This document shows, piece after piece, positions 55,901 to 64,000 of a stretch of DNA of 64,000 nucleotides; the stretch's first letter is position 1, and each line of letters opens with the position of its first letter. The stretch covers positions 33,232,001 through 33,296,000 of the forward strand of contig NC_086378.1 in the NCBI RefSeq assembly GCF_036588685.1, written 5' to 3'. The DNA comes from Mytilus trossulus. Its lineage: Eukaryota. A program made the translations under genes and the position numbers. The notes below the pieces were generated by a model. The model was not told the DNA's origin. It saw only the letters and a program-made list of their open reading frames with translations, and ran no database searches.

Positions 55901-58900
55901 AGGACCAGCACAAAATAAAATCATTTTCTTTACATTTTAAAAAAATTGAAAATTTGAATAAAAAATTGATATTTCTATGTCCGCCATTTTGGATACTACG
56001 AAAGTAAGGGTTTTAAGACATAAGTCTTATACATTGTATCCATCAGTAGCATCTAAGAAAGGTTCCTACACAATGCAATGATAGTAGCAATACGTTAAAA
56101 CACATTTCAATTACCCTCACTGAAAATAAGCTTATTTAAGAATAATGTCCGCCATGTTGGATTTTAACCGGAAGTGGGGTTTCTGAAAACATCTAATCTA
56201 TTTAATTTATCCAAAAGTAGTAAAAAACAAAGGTCAATACCAAATATTATGATAGTAGCATGCTAATAGCCAATTTTTACACGCTAGCCTTCGATATTGG
56301 GCTGATTTAAGTATGACGTCCGCCATTTTGGATTTTACCGGAAGTGAGACATTTTTTTCAAATGCCTCCCTACCTGAAATATAAGAGTAATAGTTGAGGA
56401 AGGTCTAAGCCAAATTTCATGCTTGTAACAGGATGTGCACAATTTTTCACAAAGCCGCCGGACTATATAGTATAATTTTTACTCCTTTTGTGAATTTTCA
56501 ACCTTAAGGTTGGTCTATTCATTAAACTTTTAAATTTGCAATCGTTTATTTTAATTAATTCTTATCAGTTTTCTCTTCTGAAAATGATCATGTGCACGTA
56601 GTTGAGACCGAAGTACAGATGAGAACAAATTAAATGTGAAACCAGTGTTCATTACATGGAACTAATTGTACAATGGTTTACAATATAAAATTGAGAATTG
56701 AAACAGGGAATGTGTCATATAGACAACAACCCGACCAAAGAGCAGAAAACAGCCCAAGGTCACCAATGGGTATGAAACACAACGAGAAAATCCCGCACCT
56801 TGCGATGGGCTTCAGCTGGTCACTAGACAAAAATGTGTACTAGTTAGGCGAAAATGAACGTCACACTAAACCCCGAAACATATAAATGAACCAAAATTAA
56901 AAAAAACAACATAAAAGATTAACAAAGGACAGATGCTTCTGACTTGGAACAGGCACAAAACTGCAACGGGGTTGAACATGTTTTGTGAGATCTAAACCCT
57001 CCCACTATACATCTTGCCAATGTAGAATAAACAAATACATACAGTAAAACTCAGTTTAAAAGAAGTCCGAGTACATGGAGTAAGATGTTAGAATAGATAA
57101 TAGAAGAAACTAATCAAAATGACAATGATACATAAATTAACAAAGGACTACTAGCAGTTACTGTCGTGCCATCTCCAGACCTCAATTAAACTGATTGAAA
57201 GAATTATGTCTTCATCATACATTGTATTAAAATCAAGCACACTAATTCCAAAAAAATGTACGCGATATTTTGCATGAACACGCCATAATTTTCAAATATC
57301 GTTTGCATCTACAATGGACCTTAAAGTTTCTTAATATGTTCAGCTCATTCATATATTCTTGCATATATCCATCTGATCTTTTATATTATCGTCGTTTATC
57401 GAAGACTTTTGTTTTAAATTTACATTCTGCCTTTGGAATTTCTCTGTCTGATAATCTTATATAGCTGTTATTTGTATCTTATGCGACAGTTAGTATACAA
57501 ACACTATACTAATTATGTTCACAATACATATCTATCCAAGTTATAGTCGAAATAGTATTTTTTTTCAAACATCTTAAACATGTACAAGCACAAATACACA
57601 AATCACTACAATACGTGACGCATGCGTATTCCACGTAAATTATTGTTTTGTTAGAATTGAATGGCGCCCTGGCACTAACAAGCTCTTTAAATGCAGAAAT
57701 GTTTGCTATACCGTAACTGAATGTTCCATGCTGCTATGAAAATGAGGAATACACTGTTTTGTATAATATAGAGTTGTACAAACAACAATATTGATTTCGT
57801 TAAAAAAGTAAATGTGATGTTAGAGAATAGGCTTTAAACTGGATTTCTTATTATGAAATGGAAAAACGAGAAATACACATGTCAATTGATTTCAAAACGC
57901 AATTGGGCAGGTTTCTGAGTAAGATATTTTGTAGTCAAGCTAACAGTTTATTTAAATGATTAGACGTTCAGAAATAATATTAGTTTATGGGACACAAATC
58001 CCTGCTTGCACTAACTATTGTATGTCCACGTTAAACTCGTAATTTGGAATAAGATTCTAAAAATTCAATTCAGAGACAAGATAACATACCATTCCTTACT
58101 ACCGTAGGCAGGTAAAAGAAACATTCGGTGTATGGGACAGAAAAGATGCGTGTTTGATATTCACTTAAATCATTTGAAGTGAAAAGTCCAATAAAAAATG
58201 ACAGTACAGTATGACCAACTACACTTGATGCGAACAATCTTACCAAGTAAAAGATCTCTCTGTTTAACGGTCTCAGAGGGGTTACAGTCACAAGTTATAG
58301 TTATTGACCAAGCAAGTCGGTATATGTGATTTAATCTGCACAGCTCGGGTGACCCTAATTAACCCAAACGACGTAGGAGTTCGGGTTAATGGGTCACCCG
58401 AGCCGTGCAGATTAAATCATATATGCCGATGGATTCGCCAATAACTGTTTAAACACCTGACGCCACCAATTTACGTAATGAACGTTTTAGAACTTGAATA
58501 TCAATCCACGGCTCCTGGGAAAGTTTCTTGTAGGGAAATACGCCTTTATATAGTAAAAGGTTGGTAAGTTTTAAATTATTAACTTTTTTTATATTTAGGC
58601 TTCTTCCTAAATTGTTACATTATTTGAAGAATTGCGATTTAATGGTAGATTTTTTTTAATCGTTTCTGTTAAATTTTTTTCACAATTTTTTTTAAATTAG
58701 TGACGATTAAGACTTTGACACATTGTGTTCTTTCAAATCGGTGTTTGAAAAAGTCATAACTGAAAGGGTTTTTGAGTATAGATTAATTGCGTTTCTTTCC
58801 CTCAATGATATGCCTAGAGAAAGATGAACCGAGGAAGATCTAAGTACCTAAATCTAGAATGTTAAATAAACAGAAAAAAACCGTTTCTCTTTCCAATCTT

Positions 58901-61900
58901 TTACTCCCCCCCCCCCCAATTTCTTTTATCTACTGTATTAATATTTGAAGACATGTCCATCTAAACAAAGTCTTATTGATCTGCAGCTAAACCCCCATAA
59001 ATATGATCCACATTAAATTCGATCCCCAAATAGTCACTTTATAGGAATAAATATTCAAAAAGTCGTAATATATTCCATCGATTTTACATATACATTGTAC
59101 ACAAAATATAATAAAATATTTTATGTCCCAGTTTAGATTAAAAATAAAAAGGAATGAGAAACCTTTCTTTTTTCTACGATGTCTGTACAAAGTTGTTAGT
59201 TTATCAACTTGATCCTAACTTCAAGGCAGATGGCGGATTCGGGGGTTGGGGCGAATAGGTCGTCCACCCTTGGATTGGACAACGTATCGTGTTTAAGTAT
59301 AACATTTAAAAAAAAAATTTAGTCTCGCTACATTCGTTGAAATTTTTGTAATTTTATAGAAAACTCCCCTTTCAAAATTCAGTAAACGCCCTAAAGGTAA
59401 AAAATATATTTAGCTGTGCAGTATATCTGAGGTAGTTAATGCACACCTAAGCTGTGCATTATTCGGATTATAGCACCTATGTATGTCATGTGTTAAGTTG
59501 TCATTGTGATATATTATTCCAAACAAATCATCAAAGTCTCATTTTAAAATATATTGTATTTGAAATACTCTGAATCTTGCAGTATCATATTTTAAAACTT
59601 ACTAAAATATTGCTGTTTTAATTGAAATCTTCGCCTGTCATTTGTTACTCAGTCTTGAAAAAATGGGTGGAATTTAGCAAACGTGCGATTTTGCCTATTA
59701 TATGTTAACTTATATCACATATGTGAACAAGAACTAAGAGAAAAAGTAATAGAATGCCTCTAAAGAGATTTACACACTCGTGGCGTTTTTTCTACATTTA
59801 TCTACAGATATAAATCAGTAAATTCCACGTTTGTGCTCTTTAGTCATTTAGCCAAAAATATCAATAGCAATGTTTTTCACACACGAATATGCAATATTAA
59901 CAAGAATGAAAAAAATAATCCAACCATTACGGGACAGCTTTTGGTATGAAAAAGCCCAAACGAAATGAATAACTGTTTTAAAAGTGGTGTTAAATCGAAA
60001 ATGAATATCATCAATAGTAAATGAAAACTTGCTATATTTTCCATGAATGCAAAAGTGTGCATTGCATTTTAGAATATCCCAAAATCGATCGTTTTCCAAT
60101 TTGAAATTGCTGAGGGCAAGCTGAATGCATACCAAGTGACATGGTCAGTTTTGCACACATCACAAAACAGATCATTTCTATGTTCAGTGGACTGTGAAAT
60201 TGGAATCAAAATTCTAATTTGGCATTAAAATTAGAAATATCATAGCATAGGGAATATGTAAACTAAGTTTTCAAGTTCATTGGACTTTAACTTCATCAAA
60301 ACCTACCTCGACCAAAACCTTTAACCTGAAGCAGGACAGAAGGACGAACGGACGGATGGACGGACGGATGGATGGACAGATGGACGAACGAACGGAAGTA
60401 CAGACCGAAAACATAATGCCCATAGTTACTCTTCTAGGTCAATACTTAAATTTAATCACATGTTTAAACTTATAGTCATTGAATTCATTCCCGTATCTTT
60501 GCTCGTCAGCCCCCCTCCACCCTATTTTTTTTTTCATTTTTTCAATGGGCATAAATTCCATAAAAAATGTCAAGATTTTGTTGACATAAACCTTATCAAT
60601 CATTTTAATCAAAGTTCTTCATGAATTGCAAGGGTCGGAGACTTGAAATACTATTTTCCTATAATTTATGTCGTATTGAAAACGGAATAAACCCTATAAA
60701 AATAAAAATAACAGATCTGTTGTTGCTTTTGTTGTTTATTTATGCTTTTCAAACTTGGCGATTCAGAGTTAAACCTAACGGTATAGACATTTGTATACTG
60801 CGTGAAACCGTATTTAGACCTTTATGTCATTGATCTAATTTGAAAAAAAAAATATGTTTTTTTGTCTTCCTTTACGTCGGTATTTTAGTATTTAGAGCTT
60901 TCCCTTTACTGATGTGCATTGTATGTACTTCTATGTACATTTTCCTGGACCGTTGATAGCTATTAAAAAAGTAGTGGGTTCAAATGGCAAACAAATAGTA
61001 AATGAATGTGCATGTCCTAAGTCAAAACGGTGTAAGTAATTGTCTTGCCATATCAGGTTATTCCACGACAAAACAGAGTCTCTGGTGCACATCATAGAAA
61101 TTCATGACGACACATTTTTGGTATATTCATTTTTTTAATAATGGTAACGTATATCTGCAGATCTAACATTAAGACGAGGTATATACAAATTGCGATGATA
61201 GCTCGGTATAAACACAGGTTATCCGATGGAGAACGTCTGTCGTAAAGTTGTCACACAAATAGACCTATATATATATATCTGTGTGATTTTCTATGTGATG
61301 CCATGTGCACTTGGGCATATGCTTTTATACTGTCCTGTTGTGTCGACTGCTCTCAGGTCAAATAACAAGATGTATTGACCATCTGTACAAAGTACGATGA
61401 CATATCAGTAATGGTCATTCATCTCATCATAATATCTAACCAAATTACTGGTGTCTATCCCCATGCATATACCATGTGCGTCTATAACCCACATTTCAAT
61501 TTACAACGTTCCCTTGTGCCTTTTGCTATAAGATTACAAATCTTCTCGATTATATATTAAAAATGAATAACTTTTTATGTGTAGGCTGTGATTGGGATAG
61601 AGATTTTAAACTGCAGTTAAACTTTCATATACTCAGGCAAAGTTGACCCCGACGGATTAGACTTTTTATGCATGTTTTTATATCCTAGAGTTTGTTGTCT
61701 CAACTTTAATGTCAAATAATGTACTTTTATTCCTGTGAGCCCAGTTAATAGAAATCATCTTGTTCTTTTTCTTCTCCTTCCTTACCTTTTTGTGATACAG
61801 TTGTTATACGGGTAAATAAAAGATAACATGTACCTTGAGGTAGTCCATTACTTCTTTCTTATATTTTTTTTTGTATTCCGAGTCATCCCTGTCTTCTTTT

Positions 61901-61926
61901 GCTGCCAGATGGTATGGGGTCTCACC
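5298..61926 (-). CDS. Multi-exon Roco-family gene (ANK...Roc-COR-Death-like-Death-CARD), partial at both ends. Exons in transcript order: 61834-61926, 50086-50158, 37532-37780, 24352-24546, 23163-23450, 21585-21694, 18992-20197, 15408-15447, 10243-10520, 9872-9899, 7554-7856, 5298-5597
   Basis: All 12 exons have AG/GT borders. Phases chain 0-0, 0-1, 1-1, 1-1, 1-1, 1-0, 0-0, 0-1, 1-0, 0-1, 1-1, 1-1 with no stop. Roc G1-G5 motifs occur in order, followed by COR and death-fold domains. Additional phase-preserving exons could have been missed. Confidence 0.88.
7554..7856 (-). CDS. Death domain exon
   Basis: IGRETFQFGIELGLSVVEMHQIQSNH...QTEDVLKKWR...AYEVLAKTL is a classic Death pattern. 303 nt, phase 1-1. 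Confidence 0.88.
9872..9899 (-). CDS. 28-nt micro-exon (ILRDVQIDA-G)
   Basis: attacag|...CAG|gtaagt (consensus donor). Phase 0-1 restores the frame between the two death exons. Confidence 0.78.
10243..10520 (-). CDS. Death-like domain exon (LDKAWLDSLPEDKHLGRLAAEL...ALHDWKK...FKKLQESLKEEDL)
   Basis: 278 nt, taacag|...CAG|gtacat. Phase 1-0. Helical death-fold pattern with LxxW in the expected position. Confidence 0.78.
10675..11035 (-). repeat. Non-autonomous repeat with a 21-bp tandem array and (GAT)n; inverted copy of 12625-13145
   Basis: The reverse complement matches 12640-13140 (aactatggctggatttgacaat..., caaaacacgtataat, actgcatataatg units). Confidence 0.8.
12060..12290 (+). mobile_element. 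Truncated Helentron/HINE-like (pearl-type) element, 3' part
   Basis: cctatgttctattt...(GACG)n...gtgatgagaaaagctcact; homologous to 33660-33934 and, in reverse, 63251-63500. Confidence 0.65.
12625..13145 (+). repeat. Same family, with a longer 21-bp array (actgcatataatgctgtgacc-type units)
   Basis: The 21-bp period gives TTAYNA(L/V) heptad pseudo-ORFs on both strands. Confidence 0.85.
15408..15447 (-). CDS. 40-nt micro-exon (LPAKDDRCSDNCV-G)
   Basis: tttcacag|...G|gtaaga. Phase 0-1 is exactly what is needed to join the COR exon to the next exon. Confidence 0.78.
18992..20197 (-). CDS. Large exon: end of Roc (G5-like FVDAR) plus COR domain
   Basis: 1206 nt, phase 0-0; extends ORF 18968..20029 upstream. 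FLKVNHALGKLIFF...VIIDPVFLIDVLR and YFLIPCMI are COR-like motifs. Confidence 0.92.
20748..20849. repeat. Short palindromic element
   Basis: catgtcatttttcatat ... atatgaaaaatgtcatg (16/17 inverted match), with weaker inner symmetry. Confidence 0.6.
21585..21694 (-). CDS. Roc exon with G4 motif (AYLVHWVNSVLTYC...PKILFVATHKDQVK)
   Basis: 110 nt, ttgtag|...AAA|gtaggt. Phase 1-0. THKD is the Roc G4 motif. Not in the ORF track. Confidence 0.9.
21979..22437. mobile_element. 459-bp MITE with GAG...CTC termini and 6-bp TSD TGTAAT
   Basis: TIR gagggtggtaaaagg / ccctttaccactctc. tgtaat on both flanks (21973-78, 22438-43). Internal cgtgcaacgt/ttcacgttc motifs repeated. Confidence 0.8.
23163..23450 (-). 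CDS. Roc exon with G3 motif
   Basis: IDLWDFGGQKIYHLTHQLFISSRGTFVLIFNG matches the Roc WDFxGQxxYxxTHxxF motif. 288 nt, ttgcag|...G|gtatgt. Phase 1-1. Confidence 0.95.
24352..24546 (-). CDS. Exon encoding an insertion within Roc (GTVLNASVQSFLRSEE...KAFRKRMLKIFK)
   Basis: 195 nt open frame, tttcag|...AAG|gtac. Phase 1-1. Not in the ORF track. Confidence 0.75.
26455..26931 (+). mobile_element. 477-bp non-autonomous element with asymmetric sub-terminal inverted repeat and 3' hairpin, flanked by TTA/TTA
   Basis: atggggacaaagtc at the left end matches gacttcgtccccat at 26895-26908, followed by the small hairpin cagg-N6-cctg. This layout resembles Helentron-associated elements. Confidence 0.6.
28821..30040. 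mobile_element. 1.22-kb TIR element nested in the second Harbinger-like copy
   Basis: Perfect 15-bp TIR caaattgacgaaagg / cctttcgtcaatttg. Host sequence resumes after 30040. TSD ambiguous. Confidence 0.78.
30240..30452 (+). repeat. SINE-like dispersed repeat (gaagatgtggtatgagtgccaatgagacaact family)
   Basis: Related copies at about 11775, 36445-36790, 39080, 39725-39995(-), 40270-40580(-) and 50780-50865(-). Confidence 0.7.
32836..33934 (+). mobile_element. Helentron/HINE-like (pearl/CvA-type) element, apparently complete
   Basis: 5' aacaagag, internal ~500-bp duplication, (GACG/GACA)n microsatellite at 33825-33880, 3' hairpin agctcac...gtgagct followed by aaa. Confidence 0.75.
37532..37780 (-). 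CDS. Roc GTPase exon: P-loop and switch I
   Basis: RVFLTGKFAVGKTTL (G1, GxxxxGKT) and ERESTDGI (G2). 249 nt, ttacag|...G|gtaaa. Phase 1-1. Confidence 0.92.
41597..42052 (+). pseudogene. LINE ORF1 C-terminal part (L1/Tnp22-type RRM and C-terminal domain)
   Basis: ENIRISNVPEADGEDL...HKIG...RQVIARF...IFIAEDLT. Confidence 0.8.
42053..45501 (+). pseudogene. LINE ORF2 (endonuclease + reverse transcriptase), disrupted
   Basis: Frameshift(s) near 42420-42590. In-frame stops at 43300, 44353 and 44806. Confidence 0.92.
46880..47380 (+). pseudogene. Penelope-like element RT/thumb relic
   Basis: From 46949: RYIDGVRSINNPNFADWVPSIYPQPLEIKGTTDTASSAS...TRIYDKRDDFNF*IINFPHLSSN...YISQLIRY*RAC. Not in the ORF track. 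Confidence 0.85.
47580..47905 (+). repeat. Dispersed repeat (aaatgcctgtaccaagtcaggaatatgacag family)
   Basis: Other copies at about 9625-9820(+) and 17340-17495(-). Confidence 0.7.
49149..49842. mobile_element. 694-bp MITE with 5-bp flanking duplication TACAG
   Basis: TIR cagtcaggggcgttacttaaac / gtttaagtaatgcccctgactg. tacag at 49144-48 and 49843-47. Confidence 0.82.
50086..50158 (-). CDS. Linker exon (TFMSKEEQEATLVSQQKDASPVVR-G)
   Basis: 73 nt, gttttag|...AG|gtag. Phase 0-1 bridges the ANK exon (phase 0) and the Roc exon (phase 1). Overlaps ORF 49940..50152. Confidence 0.7.
52306..56465. mobile_element. Academ-like DNA transposon derivative with ~1.7-kb inverted arms; TAG...CTA termini, 3-bp TSD TAT
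   Basis: tat|tagtccggcggct ... agccgccggacta|tat. Decayed transposase motifs (HLEADTKIMVH, HAFTCCD/TGCDTV, GKRK.W, C-terminal Cys cluster) are present in both arms. Confidence 0.85.
56685..57240 (+). repeat. Dispersed repeat (ataaaattgagaat...agacaacaacccgacc family); inverted partial copy at 27085-27310
   Basis: The two copies match directly in reverse complement. Confidence 0.7.
58297..58448. repeat. 152-bp GC-enriched palindrome
   Basis: tcggtatatgtgatttaatctgcacagctcgggtgaccc ... gggtcacccgagccgtgcagattaaatcatatatgccga; outer gttattg/caataac. Confidence 0.9.
60170..60425 (+). mobile_element. 3' fragment of a HINE-like element with (GGAC/GGAT)n microsatellite
   Basis: gacggacggatggacgg... 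followed by gaaaacataatgccc. Confidence 0.55.
61834..61926 (-). CDS. Exon encoding an ankyrin repeat (GETPYHLAAKEDRDDSEYKKKYKKEVMDYLK)
   Basis: 93 nt, ttgcag|...AAG|gtac. GxTPxHxAA ankyrin signature. Phase 0-0. Not in the ORF track. Confidence 0.8.
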
Positions 61927-63250
61927 CTGCAATATAATTAAGGAGAATGATCTATCAAATCATATTATTGCTCCACATTATGTAATCAGAATAAAGCAGA
62001 TATTGACATGCATATATAGTGTTAAGTATCTTTTTTACAGACAAGTCCTTGTGAAATTGAAATAAAATAAAATACTATACATGAACAAAGATGATCAACA
62101 TCACACAAATAATCATATTACCTTGACCTAAAACTCAAAAGACTAAACTGCCTCATATGTAGCAGATGTCAATTTACAATCTAAAAGCTCTATGATGTTG
62201 GTACTCTGCGTGTCCCCCCTCCTCCCCCCCAAAAAAAAATAAAAAAACGAAAAAAAAAAACAACCTCATTACAGTGTCCCAATTTGCACATTTCATCGAT
62301 TCACATACGATGTACTCAGTAAAATGACATTTTGTCAACAAAAACTGAGGATAAGTGTAAAAAAAAATTCGAAACTGGCTTTGTTGCAACACAAAAAGCT
62401 TTTATAAAAACTTAAATTACAATTTTAAATGAACATTGTTTAAATCAGAAACTTGATGTCTTTGTTATTTGAATTGTTAAGTTAATGACTGCCGTACACC
62501 ATCATGAACATTGTACGTAATGTCGATGAAGTAGCCTTTATAATTTTTTTGTTAACTTTATTCCAGAACAATATGCTGGTAATATGACAGCAAAACGTGT
62601 TTTCTGATATTAATTCGTGTCATTGATTCCGCAATGAACTGTGGAACTCCTCAACGGCAGTAGAAAAATGGTCAACACCAACTCCACTGTTGTAGTGAGA
62701 AACAGTTAATTAGAATATAAAAGTGTTACGATTTAGCATTCTTACATTATCACACTGACTCATTTAAAAGTACCATTTTCCAATCAATCAAGGATGATAA
62801 CTCCTGATACCAAAAGTGAAAATCATCAATATCGGAAAAAACCTGTATTCATTTGTTTATATGAATTGTTTCCCTTTATTGAAAAAGCTGATGATTTAAA
62901 ATAATTAATTTGCTCTCATGAACCAGATATAAAATTATCAACTAGATTGATTGATTTATTGATTTGTCTATTTTCTACTAATGTATATCGTTTATATGAA
63001 TATACAACGTTGATTTACATAGCTTTTTGGAACTTACATAATTGTTATTGTATAGCTTTTATTAATTAAGTATTCAGTTGTTGTTTCCTTTTGACGACAT
63101 ATGGATAAGTTTTAGTAACTAAGCTGGTTTTATGCTTTATTGCCTTTACGGAATATTACTTAATCTCCTGGAAGTGAATGGCTGTCGTTTTTTTAGCTCA
63201 CCTGGCCCGAATATTACTTGATCTCCTGGAAATGAATGGCTGTCGTTTTT

Positions 63251-64000
63251 TTAGCTCACCTGGCCCGAAGGGCCAAGTGAGTTTTTCTCATCACTTGGCG
63301 TCCGTCGTCCGTCGTCTGTCGTCGTTAACTTTTACAAAAATCTTCTCCTCTGAAACTACTGGGCCAAATTTAACCAAACTTGGCCAAAATCATCATTGGG
63401 GTATCTAGTTTAAAAAAATGTGTCCGATGACCTGGCCAACCATCCAAAATGGCCGCCATGGCTAAAAATAGAACATAGGGGTAAAATGCAGTTTTGGCTT
63501 ATAACTCAAAAATCAAAGCATTTAGAGCAAATCTGACATGGGGTAAAATTGTTATTCAGGTCAAGATCTATCTACCCTGAAATTTTTCAAATGAATCGGG
63601 CAACCTGTTGTTAGGTTGCTGCCCTTGAATTGGTAATTTTAAGGAAATTTTGCTGTTTTTGGTTAATATCTTGAATATTATTAAACAGCAATATTGTTCA
63701 GCTGAGTAAGATTTACAATTAAGTTAATATGACCAAAATGGTCAATTGACCTCCTAAGGAGTTATTGCCCTTTATAGTCAATTTTTAACAATTTTCTTAA
63801 AATTTGTAAATTTTCACTATAATTTTCCACTGAAACTAACTGGACGTAGTTCATTACAGATACAGATAATTGTAAGCAGCAAGAATGTTTAGTAAAGTAA
63901 GATCTACGAACACATCACTATCACCAAAACACAATTTTGTCATGAATCCATCTGTGTCCTTTGTTTAATATTCACATAGACCAAGGTGAGCGACACAGGC
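63251..64000 (-). mobile_element. HINE-like element of the same family as 32836-33934, reverse orientation, runs off the right edge
   Basis: tttagctcacctggcccgaagggccaagtgag hairpin, (CGTC)n, and body homologous to 32950-33930. Confidence 0.78.

Noticed and set aside
18992-61926. Gene symbol DAPK1, LRRK2 or MFHAS1
   Set aside because: No kinase or LRR seen in the window and the Death-Death-CARD tail matches none of them; orthology cannot be assigned.

Overview
AT-rich animal genomic DNA; the repeat families look like those of bivalve molluscs, probably Mytilus-like (inference). No rRNA, tRNA, CRISPR array or prokaryotic operon was seen. Almost the whole window (5298-61926) lies inside one minus-strand, multi-exon gene. 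I reconstructed 12 GT-AG exons by hand with consistent phases: 3163 nt, about 1054 codons, no internal stop, and neither the start nor the stop codon in the window. The protein is Roco-family: ankyrin repeat - linker - Roc GTPase - COR - Death-like - Death - CARD. The introns are packed with repeats: a 267-bp satellite with a 1067-bp higher-order unit, a 28-bp hairpin minisatellite, a 5'-truncated LINE nested in a TTAA-flanked DNA element, a 4.16-kb fold-back Academ-like element, a nested PIF/Harbinger-like cluster, a Penelope-like RT relic, several Helentron/HINE-like elements, MITEs and short palindromes.
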